Shown: piece after piece, positions 1 to 8,169 of the stretch
Numbering within the stretch: position 1 is the stretch's first letter
Layout of the letters: each line of letters starts with the position of its first letter
Origin: Candidatus Aenigmatarchaeota archaeon
Lineage (GTDB): Archaea; Aenigmatarchaeota; Aenigmatarchaeia; CG10238-14; SCSR01
Assembly: GCA_038998625.1 (NCBI GenBank)
Contig: JAWADS010000006.1
Span: forward strand, 1 to 25,378
Length of the DNA: 25,378 nucleotides
Direction: 5' to 3'
Notes under the pieces: model-generated
Database searches by the model: none
Told to the model about the DNA's origin: nothing
Seen by the model: the letters and a program-made list of their open reading frames with translations, nothing else
Translations under genes and position numbers: made by a program

Positions 1-1746
1 TGCTCCATCTGAAATGCTAGCAGTTGTTACTATATTATTAGCTAAAGTTCCGTATATTGTTCCAGTAGCGTTTATATTACCTTTTATATCTAGAGTTTGA
101 TCGCTTGGCTCTAGTTCAAAAGGATTGCTGCTTGCAACTAATAATCTTCCTTGGACTTCTAGTTTTTCTGTTGGCGTGGCAGTACCTATACCAAGATTCC
201 AGGTTAAGTCTTTAGGATAAATAAGAGAGCCAGTTAAATTCCATAATCCTGTCGCAGGCTCTGTGAAAGTTGTAATACAGTCTGTCCAAGCTCCTTGATA
301 ACATCTAAATCTTTTTAAGGTTGTATCAAAATAAATCGTACCGTTAACGGCTGAGGGTGTAGAAAGATCCCTAAGTCTAAGGCTACCTTGAACATCTAAA
401 GTATGTCCAGGGTTTGTTATCCCGATGCCAACATTGCCTGTTGTTGAATTAACGAATAGAATATTACTAACATTAACGTTAAGAGGGTAACCTTCTCTAA
501 TAAAAGTCCAGGTTGTGGAATTATCCCAAGGACTTATTGCGCTTACCTGCCAAGAAGTTCTACAATCTGTTCCTATACATAAGCCAGTTAAGCCATAAAC
601 ATAGCCTGTAGCATTAATATCTCCAACTACATCTAGTTTTTTAACTGGTGCAATCGTCCCGATGCCGACGTTGCCATCGCTTGCTCTAACATAAAACTGA
701 TTAGAATTAACAACAAAATTGCTATTACTAACGCTCACATCAACAATAGCAGCATTCCCTCCTATGCTTAGCCTATCTGCCCAACCTGACCCAGTACCAG
801 ATTTAAAAACATGTGCTGGATTGGTAGCATAGCCTGCAGGATAATAGTTTAAAGTTCCATATCCTTGAATGTATCCAACTTCTCCTAAATAACCGTTGTT
901 CAAATTCACATTCAAAAGCTCTGAAGTTGAAGCAGGATCCAAGTAGAAAGCTGTATTATTTCTATCTACAAACTGTGTAGCCCGAATAGAACCAGCATTG
1001 AGATCTAAATATCCAGACCCTCCTTGAATATAAATACCTGAATTTCCATGATAGAACTCTGAAGCAGCAAGACCTTTGTAATTACTATTCGCCTTGTTCC
1101 TTATATGTAAGTAACCATCGTTCAATGGATTAGCACAAACATCATAACTGGAGTCACACCACATATCTCCATAAACTACTGCAGTAGCATTAATATCACC
1201 AACAACATCCAACTTTTTAACTGGTGAAGTCGTCCCGATGCCGACGTTGCCTGAAGGGGTAACAATTAGTCCAGAAGAAACATTTAAATAAGTAGAGTTT
1301 AACCAGCCACCGATAATAAGATTAGTGGAAATTCTTCCTGAGCCGGAAACATCCAGAGCATAAAGGGGGTTTACTAAGCCTATCCCCACATAGCTTACAT
1401 TAGTTATATTTTTTAGAAACATATCTAAGTTTACATCTATTGGAGTAATTTCACTTAAAGGATGGGATTGGGTTTGAGCAAAAGCTATAGGAAAATTTAA
1501 GCTTAAAAATAAAGCAATTAATAAAGCAAATTTAAATTTCTTTCTTTCCCCTTTTTTTAGAAAATAGACTTTAGATCTTCCAACTTCTCTGTACTCAACG
1601 ACACCAGCAAGTTTTAGACCATATACATACTTAGAAATAGTTTGCCTTTGTATACCTAAACTTCTGGCTATATCAGAAATCTTTAATCCTTCTGGTCTTT
1701 TTTCTAATAATCTTACTATTTCTTCTTCAATTCCATTAGGCGGCAT
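1..1746 (-). CDS. Large protein, partial (>582 aa, runs off the left edge): N-terminal winged HTH, hydrophobic TM/signal segment, then GNVGIGT tail-fibre-like repeats
   Basis: Manual translation from ATG 1746 (GAGG upstream) is open to position 1: MPPNGIEEEIVRLLEKRPEGLKISDIARSLGIQRQTISKYVYGLKLAGVVEYREVGRSKVYFL-KKGERKKFKFALLIALFLSLNFPIAFAQT... Later repeats include GNVGIGTTSPVKKLDVVGDINAT, GNVGIGTIAPVKKLDVVGDINAT, GNVGIGITNPGHTLDVQG and NLGIGTATPTEKLEVQG. Confidence 0.88.
   Translation of the reverse strand, partial: MPPNGIEEEIVRLLEKRPEGLKISDIARSLGIQRQTISKYVYGLKLAGVVEYREVGRSKVYFLKKGERKKFKFALLIALFLSLNFPIAFAQTQSHPLSEITPIDVNLDMFLKNITNVSYVGIGLVNPLYALDVSGSGRISTNLIIGGWLNSTYLNVSSGLIVTPSGNVGIGTTSPVKKLDVVGDINATAVVYGDMWCDSSYDVCANPLNDGYLHIRNKANSNYKGLAASEFYHGNSGIYIQGGSGYLDLNAGSIRATQFVDRNNTAFYLDPASTSELLNVNLNNGYLGEVGYIQGYGTLNYYPAGYATNPAHVFKSGTGSGWADRLSIGGNAAIVDVSVSNSNFVVNSNQFYVRASDGNVGIGTIAPVKKLDVVGDINATGYVYGLTGLCIGTDCRTSWQVSAISPWDNSTTWTFIREGYPLNVNVSNILFVNSTTGNVGIGITNPGHTLDVQGSLRLRDLSTPSAVNGTIYFDTTLKRFRCYQGAWTDCITTFTEPATGLWNLTGSLIYPKDLTWNLGIGTATPTEKLEVQGRLLVASSNPFELEPSDQTLDIKGNINATGTIYGTLANNIVTTASISDGA
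608..1251. repeat. Intragenic 68-bp direct repeat (608-675, 1184-1251) with an identical 22-bp core; partial third copy at 420-438
   Basis: Core TCGTCCCGATGCCGACGTTGCC at 654-675 and 1230-1251; 7 mismatches in the other 46 bp. Confidence 0.9.
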
Positions 1747-1752
1747 GCCATC

Positions 1753-1868
1753 CTCTGCATAACAAAGGTAAACTTACTAAGCGGTTGTCCAGACAGAGGC
1801 TTTAAGTAAGTCTACCTTCGTCTTCCTAAGTTATGCAAAGATGAACTAAGTTGCCCTTTGCATAACTT
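1753..1868 (-). promoter_or_regulatory. Putative structured 5' leader with two hairpins
   Basis: Perfect 13-bp inverted repeat 1828-1840/1856-1868. A 16-bp stem 1763-1778/1805-1820 has two mismatches that are G-U pairs only on the minus strand. Confidence 0.6.
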
Positions 1869-2220
1869 TGACTAACTAAGCCTAACAATGTTAACCAATG
1901 TCGAACTTTATGAAGCTATCTTTTTAAAAGAAATTTTGAATTGTTTATGGTTTTCTTAAAATGTTTATAAAAGATATTACAAACCAATCGACCTTTAAAA
2001 AGAAAATTTAAGTTTTGTTTTATCAGAAAAAAAGTTAATTTTTCAATATTTATTTACTGAAATCTGTCTCTTCACCGACTAATAATGATTTTTTAGAAAA
2101 AGAAAAGGTTTCAAAACTAGTAATTTTTTAATTTTTCTTCAAAATTTTCTACGTCGATATCTTCGACTCCTTTTCGACTTGAAAAATAAGTATTTTTAAA
2201 GAAAAATTCAAATTATTTAT

Positions 2221-2733
2221 ATGGAAATTTTCAGAAAAAACAAAGAAAATTATGCTATGATTTCTCCAAATCCTAACTTCGCTATAGAGCTACCTAAAGA
2301 AGCAGTTTTGATGGGAGCAAATTTAGAAGTGCTGAGAGAAATAAAGCAAAAAATGGAGGAAATTAACCTTAGGCTTAGTCAAATAGAAAAAAAATTAGAT
2401 GAAAAATTACCAGAAAAGGCTTTATCTGAAAACACCTTTAGGCAAGAGATAATAGATGGAGAAGAAGTTATTGATAAAATAATTTCTGAAATTAAATTCA
2501 TAACCAGGCCTTTAATAGCTTCTAGGCAACAACTAACAATAGTTGAGCAAAAGAAAATAGAAAAAATTGTCTCCTTTTTGCAAGAATATGGAAAGTTATC
2601 TTCTTCTCAGCTAGCGCAACTAATGAATCTCTCTAGAACAAGATGTAATGAATACTTCAAAAAAATGGAAGATTTGGGGCTAGTAGAAGGAATAGAAATA
2701 GGAAAAGAAAAGTACTACAGATTAAAAAACTGA
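2221..2733 (+). CDS. Transcriptional regulator with N-terminal coiled coil and C-terminal winged HTH
   Basis: C-terminus LSSSQLAQLMNLSRTRCNEYFKKMEDLGLVEGIEIGKEKYYRL is wHTH-like; the gene is divergent from the fibre gene. Confidence 0.75.
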   Translation: MEIFRKNKENYAMISPNPNFAIELPKEAVLMGANLEVLREIKQKMEEINLRLSQIEKKLDEKLPEKALSENTFRQEIIDGEEVIDKIISEIKFITRPLIASRQQLTIVEQKKIEKIVSFLQEYGKLSSSQLAQLMNLSRTRCNEYFKKMEDLGLVEGIEIGKEKYYRLKN

Positions 2734-2971
2734 TTACTAAAACTGATATTTAAAGATTTAGAACCACTTTTGGTGGTAGTCTTTCCTTTTGGTCAAATCA
2801 AAGAAAGTATTTTTAGCTCTGTATGCCACTTAAGCCCATAGAAAATAAAACTACTAACGAAGCTATTGTATAATAATTCAGAATAATGGAAGTGAAGAAA
2901 TAACTTTCCAAAAAATACTAATCCATGGTTTTGATTCCACTTACAAAAAATTAGCTACCCTAAAAAATTTT

Positions 2972-4254
2972 CTAACTTGAGAAATTCAAAAGCCACTTCC
3001 AAAGGGGAATGCACTTAATTGCCCTATTGTTTATTTTTAATTCATCTTCATAATCCCAAGTTATTATTAACAAATTTTTGCATTTTAATAGCTCACTAGC
3101 CTTTAATAAAGCTTTATTTCTCTTTTCTCAATTTCATCCTTACTAGAAGCATATGTTAGTTGGATTAATTGCTTAATTTTCAATCCTTCTTTTATAACAA
3201 AATCAACTTCATTTTGTTGATAATCTTTGAAATAAAAAATCTCTTGCAAGGGAATAATGTTTGTTTTTCTCAATAACTCAAGAAAAACAGTATTTTCCAA
3301 TCTTTTTTCCACATCCCTATCCATGCTTAACACTGATACTAAACCCAAATCACAAACATAAATCTTTCTTCCTAAAGATTTTCTCTCATAAACGCTCTTG
3401 CTGAATTTTTCTACAAAAAATACACCCAAGCTTTCTGGCAATTTTTCTGCATAATCGTACACAACATTCTTCACATTCTTTCCTACTTTTGAAGAAACAA
3501 AATTCGATATTTTGTTTAAGCTTACTTCTTTTGAAAAGTTTTGCAAAATGAATTCGAAAAGCAATTTCGCGACATAAGTGTTTATTATCTCAAATCTTTC
3601 TATGAAATCTTTTTGAAAAATTGTATCAAAGTATTCCTTAAGAATTTTTTCCTTTTTATCCTGATAAATTAATATCTCGGGATAGCTACCCCATTCTAGG
3701 AATTCTTCTAAGAGTTTAATTATCTTAACCTTTTCAGAAATTGAGAAGAGTTTTTTCCTTTCTACATTTTTAAACTCAAGATACTCCCTGAAGCTAAGAG
3801 GTAATAAAAAATAAGTTATGCTTCTCCCTCTCAACTGGGTTGTAATTTCCTTACTCAACAATTTTGAGGAAGAACCCGAAATCATCAAATAATATCCGCT
3901 ATCAAGTAAGCTTCTGACCAAACTTTCCCAATTGTTCAGGTTTTGTATTTCATCAATAATTACTTTTTCAACTCTAGTCTTGAAATATTCTTCAAAAATC
4001 GATATTATCTCAAAAAATTCCTTGTGTGTGATTTCTCTGAAAGCCGAATGTTCTAAATCAATGTAAATGGTATTTTTATTGTTTCTTAAAATGTTGAGTA
4101 AAAAATAAGTTTTACCAGATCTTCTTGGCCCAACTATTGCTATAGCTTTACTTTTAAGAAAATCAATTTTCAATTCTCTTTCAAAAATCCTTTCTGTTTT
4201 AATTCTTTCCATAAGTCTACCGAAGTACTGAAGCACGAAATCTTTTTCAAACAT
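2972..4254 (-). pseudogene. AAA_14/DUF4143-family ATPase with a 1-nt frameshift near 3113-3115 (pseudogene or assembly error)
   Basis: Walker A GPRRSGKT, Walker B IIDEIQ, SGSSS, RKIYVCDLG and EVDFVI are present. The typical C-terminus ALLKASELLKCKNLLIITWDYEDELKINNRAIKCIPLWKWLLNFSS* continues in another frame to the stop at 2972. Confidence 0.8.
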
Positions 4255-4341
4255 ATCATATATTAAGGAAAGATTATTCCGATATATGCTACAGAACCTT
4301 CATCAAAATGTCATATTGCAGAAAGAAATTTGATTTAAAAT

Positions 4342-4584
4342 TTATTGTGAATATTGCTTGACTTCAATGTTAAACATTTTAAGGAATTTCTTCACTTCTT
4401 CTGAATATTCCATCGGTTTTTTTAAATTAATTGTAGCTCTTTTAGCACCAATATCGAGCATTATTGAAACTGCCTCCAAAACATTTTCTAGTTTTAGAGG
4501 CGAATCGTATACAAGTTCTAAATGCTCACCTTTATATGAATGTATTTCATGCTCTAAGCCTGATTGACCTTTAATTTTGACCAT
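4342..4584 (-). CDS. Hypothetical 80-aa protein, possibly a degenerate restriction-endonuclease-like fold
   Basis: ATG ORF with plausible composition; KGQSGLEH resembles the GxSGxxH motif of archaeal Mrr-like domains (weak). Confidence 0.55.
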   Translation of the reverse strand: MVKIKGQSGLEHEIHSYKGEHLELVYDSPLKLENVLEAVSIMLDIGAKRATINLKKPMEYSEEVKKFLKMFNIEVKQYSQ

Positions 4585-4886
4585 GAAGATATTTTGGCAA
4601 TAAAAGATTTAAAGCTTTGTAAATGAAAATAGGTAAAAAATATTCTTTTTAGATGGAAAAATTTGCAAAAAACTTTAAACCATCAAAAGTTCATATTGAA
4701 CCTTTTAATTTCTCTTAAAATTTTTTGGGCTGTTAAAAAATTAGTGAGAGAAATTTTTTATATAAAAGTATTAAAATAACTCAGAAGATATTTCTAGGCA
4801 TAACTTACTTAAAATAATTTGATAATTTTAAAAGATAAACTGCTGACTGTTCTTTTTTTATTCTCAACTATAATTTTAAAAAAATT

Positions 4887-4999
4887 AAAAAGCTGGACCT
4901 CTTGCCTATATGCTTTTTTAATATCTTGCAAGAGGTGGACCGCCCAGTGGAGCGTAGCGAACGAAGCGAGCAAGGCGAGCGAAGTGAGCGACCAATAAA
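4887..4999. repeat. 113-bp direct repeat, copy 1
   Basis: Matches 5839-5951 except at 4920/5872. Contains the ACCTCTTGC/GCAAGAGGT hairpin and a GAGCGTAGCGAACGAAGCGAGC...GAGCGAAGTGAGCGA tract. Confidence 0.95.
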
Positions 5000-5035
5000 A
5001 AGATATTTAAAAATATGAAAAATGACTTTATAATT

Positions 5036-5419
5036 ATGTTAGAGAAAATCAAAAAGATTTTAGAAAAAGAGAGAAAAATAATTTTTGCTTACTTATTCGG
5101 ATCTTTTTTAAAATATCCTAAATATTCTCAAGATTTAGATATAGGAATTTTTGTAAAAGGGAAAGTAAAATTAAACTATGAACTTGAGCTAGCTTTAAAA
5201 ATTGAAAAAGTAGTTAATAAATCCGTTGATGTAATTATACTTAATGATAAACCTTTAATAGTGGTTTCTGAAGTTTTAAGAAATGGCAAATTAATTTTTT
5301 CCAAAGATGATAAACTTAGGGTCAAGTTTGAAACAAGCATGCTGAGAGATATTTTATACTTCAATGAATTAATGAAAGAATATGATAAAAAAAGATTTGA
5401 GAGATATGGAATTAGATAA
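5036..5419 (+). CDS. Minimal nucleotidyltransferase (MNT, MntA-type) antitoxin; alternative start at 5015
   Basis: AYLFGSF...SQDLDIGI and VDVIILN motifs; overlaps the downstream HEPN gene; TATA-like TTTAAAAA at about 5006-5013. Confidence 0.9.
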   Translation: MLEKIKKILEKERKIIFAYLFGSFLKYPKYSQDLDIGIFVKGKVKLNYELELALKIEKVVNKSVDVIILNDKPLIVVSEVLRNGKLIFSKDDKLRVKFETSMLRDILYFNELMKEYDKKRFERYGIR

Positions 5420-5816
5420 AAAAACTATTCAACTAAGAATAGATATCATAGAGAGAAATCTAAAAGAAATAGAGAAAATATCAAAAGAAATTAAAAAAAT
5501 GAGCTACAGAGATGAGTTGGCATTAAAGCATGCTTTATTAGAATGTATTGAAGCGTGTGTTGATATATCAAATCATATAATTTCTGTTAAAGGATTCAGA
5601 CGTCCAACTGACTATAGTGATGTGTTTGTTGTATTGGAAGAAAATAAAATTATAGACAAAGATTTTTCTAAACATTTACAAGAGATGGCAAAATTTAGAA
5701 ATGTACTAGTTCACAGATATGCATTGGTAAATAGAGGCAGACTTCTTAAAATAATTAAAGAAGATGTGAAAGACATAAAAGAATTTATTAAGATTATATT
5801 AAAACTTTTGAAGTGA
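5406..5816 (+). CDS. HEPN (DUF86, HepT-type) ribonuclease toxin
   Basis: RX4HXY motif FRNVLVHRY; IEACVDISNHI; follows the MNT gene. Confidence 0.9.
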   Translation: MELDKKTIQLRIDIIERNLKEIEKISKEIKKMSYRDELALKHALLECIEACVDISNHIISVKGFRRPTDYSDVFVVLEENKIIDKDFSKHLQEMAKFRNVLVHRYALVNRGRLLKIIKEDVKDIKEFIKIILKLLK

Positions 5817-5838
5817 ACTTTTAGATTAAGCAATTTTA

Positions 5839-5951
5839 AAAAAGCTGGACCTCTTGCCTATATGCTTTTTTTATATCTTGCAAGAGGTGGACCGCCCAGT
5901 GGAGCGTAGCGAACGAAGCGAGCAAGGCGAGCGAAGTGAGCGACCAATAAA
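5839..5951. repeat. 113-bp direct repeat, copy 2, immediately upstream of the putative rfcS TATA box (TTTATAAA 5954-5961)
   Basis: Direct sequence match to 4887-4999. Confidence 0.95.
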
Positions 5952-5988
5952 GATTTATAAACCAAAATAAAAAAACTGATAAATAGCT

Positions 5989-6954
5989 ATGCCAGAAATT
6001 GAAATTTGGGCTGAAAAGTATAGGCCTAAAAGATTAAGTGAAGTAATAAATCAAAAACATGTAGTAGAAAGAGTTAAAGCTTTTGTTAAAGAAAAAAATA
6101 TACCTCATATGCTTTTTGCTGGCCCAGCAGGCACCGGAAAAACTACTATTAGTTTGGCTATAGCTCGTGAAATCTACGGAGAAAATTGGAGACAAAATGT
6201 TTTAGAAACTAATGCAAGTGATGAGAGAAAATTAGAAGTTGTGAGAAGCAAAATTAAAGAATTCGCTAGAACTAAGGCAATAGGTGATGTCCCTTTTAAA
6301 ATTTTAATTTTAGATGAAGCAGATAATATGACTACGGATTCCCAACAAGCTTTAAGAAGAATGATGGAAACTTATTCTAGCACTGCAAGATTTATTTTAA
6401 TTGGGAACTATTCAAGCAAAATTATCGAACCCGTACAAAGTAGATGTGTCGTTTTTCGCTTTAGGGCCTTATCTGAAGCGGATGTAAGGAAGTTTATTGA
6501 AAGAATTGCTGATGGAGAAAAATTAAAGTTAAGCGAAGATGCAATAAAAGCTGTTATAGAAATTTCAGAAGGAGATTTAAGAAAAGTAGCTAATTTGTTA
6601 CAAGCGGCTGCTTCTTTAGACGGAAAAATAACTGAAGAAACTATTTATGAAGTTGCTAGTAGAGCTAGACCTAATGATGTGAAAGAAATGTTAGGATTAG
6701 CATTAAAAGGAAGGTTTGAAGAGGCTAGGAGAAAATTACAAGAGATGTTATTAAAACAAGGTTTAGCTGGTAGTGACATAATTTCTGAGATTCATAAGCA
6801 AATTTATTCTTTGCCCTTAACTGAAGAGCAAAAAGTTAAGTTAATAGAAAGGTGTGGTGAAATAGAATTTAGGATTGCTGAAGGTGGAAATGATTTAATT
6901 CAGTTAGAAGCCCTCCTTGCAACTTTTCTACTTTTTTCTAAGCAATATAAATAG
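5989..6954 (+). CDS. rfcS: Replication factor C small subunit
   Basis: WAEKYRP, GPAGTGKTT, NASDER, LDEAD and QSRC motifs; no intein. Confidence 0.97.
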   Translation: MPEIEIWAEKYRPKRLSEVINQKHVVERVKAFVKEKNIPHMLFAGPAGTGKTTISLAIAREIYGENWRQNVLETNASDERKLEVVRSKIKEFARTKAIGDVPFKILILDEADNMTTDSQQALRRMMETYSSTARFILIGNYSSKIIEPVQSRCVVFRFRALSEADVRKFIERIADGEKLKLSEDAIKAVIEISEGDLRKVANLLQAAASLDGKITEETIYEVASRARPNDVKEMLGLALKGRFEEARRKLQEMLLKQGLAGSDIISEIHKQIYSLPLTEEQKVKLIERCGEIEFRIAEGGNDLIQLEALLATFLLFSKQYK

Positions 6955-6976
6955 TTTATAATAGAATTTGTGATTT

Positions 6977-8161
6977 ATGTGGACGCAAAAATATAAACCA
7001 AAAAGTTTGAAGGAATTTGTAAATCAAAAAGAAGCAGTGGAAAAATTTTTAAAATGGGTGAGGAAGAAAAAAAGAGATAAGGTTTTGTTATTTTTCGGCC
7101 CACCTGGCACTGGAAAAACAGCCTTAGTGGAAGCTTATGCCAATGAAAATAATTTGGATCTAATTGAACTTAACGCTAGCGATTATAGAAATGCTGCTCA
7201 GATAAGGGGAATTATTGGAAGTTCTGCTGCCCAAGCTTCTTTATTTAAAAAAGGGAAAATTTTTTTGATTGATGAGATAGATGGTTTGTCTGGAGTAGAA
7301 GATAGAGGTGGAGTTGGCGAGATAATAAAAATTATAAAAGAATCTATTCATCCAATAATTTTAACAGCTAATAATCCTTACGATCCTAAATTGAAGAATT
7401 TAAAGCAATTCTGTGAGCTTGTGGAATTTAAAAAAATTCATGTTTTGGATATAGAGAAAAGATTGAAAGGAATTTGTGAAAAGGAAAAAATAGAAACAGA
7501 TAAAGATGTTTTGAGGGAAATAGCGAGAAAAAGTAATGGAGACTTAAGATCTGCGATAAATGATTTAGAAATGATAGCCCGTGGAAAAAATAAAATTGGT
7601 GTAGAAGATTTAGATGCCATTGGTTATAGGGAAAAGGAAACTAGCATTTTTGATGCTTTAAAAATAATTTTTAAAACTCAAATAGCCCTTTCTGCGAAAT
7701 TAGCTATAAATAATGTTGATAAAGATCCAGAAGAAATTTTTTGGTGGATTGAAAATAATATCACAAAAGAATTCGAAAAACCAGAAGAGATAGCTAAAGC
7801 TTTTGAAATGCTGAGCAAAGCAGATTTATTCAGGCAATGGATTATATCAAGGCAATACTGGAAGTTTAAAGCTTATATGGTTGATTTAATGACCGCTGGC
7901 ATAGCAACTGCAAAAAAAGAAATGTATAGAAAATTTACTTACTATCAATATCCAGACAACTTAATAATTTTAGGCTCATCTAAAACAGAAAGAAAAGATA
8001 TTCAAGAAATTTTAAAAGTTTTATCTGAAAAGTTGCATTGCTCTACAAAAAAATTAAAATTGCATTTGCCTTATTTAAAAGTAATTTTGAAAAAAAGTAA
8101 AAACAAGAAAGAAATTATTGAAAGTTTAGGCTTAACTGAAGAACAAATTAATAAACTTTAA
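6977..8161 (+). CDS. rfcL: Replication factor C large subunit
   Basis: WTQKYKP, GPPGTGKT, ELNASD, IDEIDG and GDLRSAINDL motifs; follows rfcS. Confidence 0.95.
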   Translation: MWTQKYKPKSLKEFVNQKEAVEKFLKWVRKKKRDKVLLFFGPPGTGKTALVEAYANENNLDLIELNASDYRNAAQIRGIIGSSAAQASLFKKGKIFLIDEIDGLSGVEDRGGVGEIIKIIKESIHPIILTANNPYDPKLKNLKQFCELVEFKKIHVLDIEKRLKGICEKEKIETDKDVLREIARKSNGDLRSAINDLEMIARGKNKIGVEDLDAIGYREKETSIFDALKIIFKTQIALSAKLAINNVDKDPEEIFWWIENNITKEFEKPEEIAKAFEMLSKADLFRQWIISRQYWKFKAYMVDLMTAGIATAKKEMYRKFTYYQYPDNLIILGSSKTERKDIQEILKVLSEKLHCSTKKLKLHLPYLKVILKKSKNKKEIIESLGLTEEQINKL

Positions 8162-8169
8162 TTAAAAAG

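Noticed and set aside
608..1251. Fibre-gene repeats as a DGR template/variable pair
   Set aside because: Both copies are coding, mismatches are not confined to adenines, and no reverse transcriptase is in the window.
1763..1820. Leader hairpin B as a second BHB
   Set aside because: It has a 2-nt bulge and a symmetric internal loop, not two staggered 3-nt bulges.
1921..2220. Loose TTTAAAAGAAAATTT-like repeats
   Set aside because: Low-complexity AT-rich sequence, expected by chance.
4652..4717. 21-codon ORF MEKFAKNF...
   Set aside because: Too short, with no SD or compositional support.
4887..5951. Repeats as CRISPR, integron attC or tRNA-derived att sites
   Set aside because: Only two 113-bp copies with a gene pair between them; no RYYYAAC/GTTRRRY ends and no T-loop or cloverleaf.
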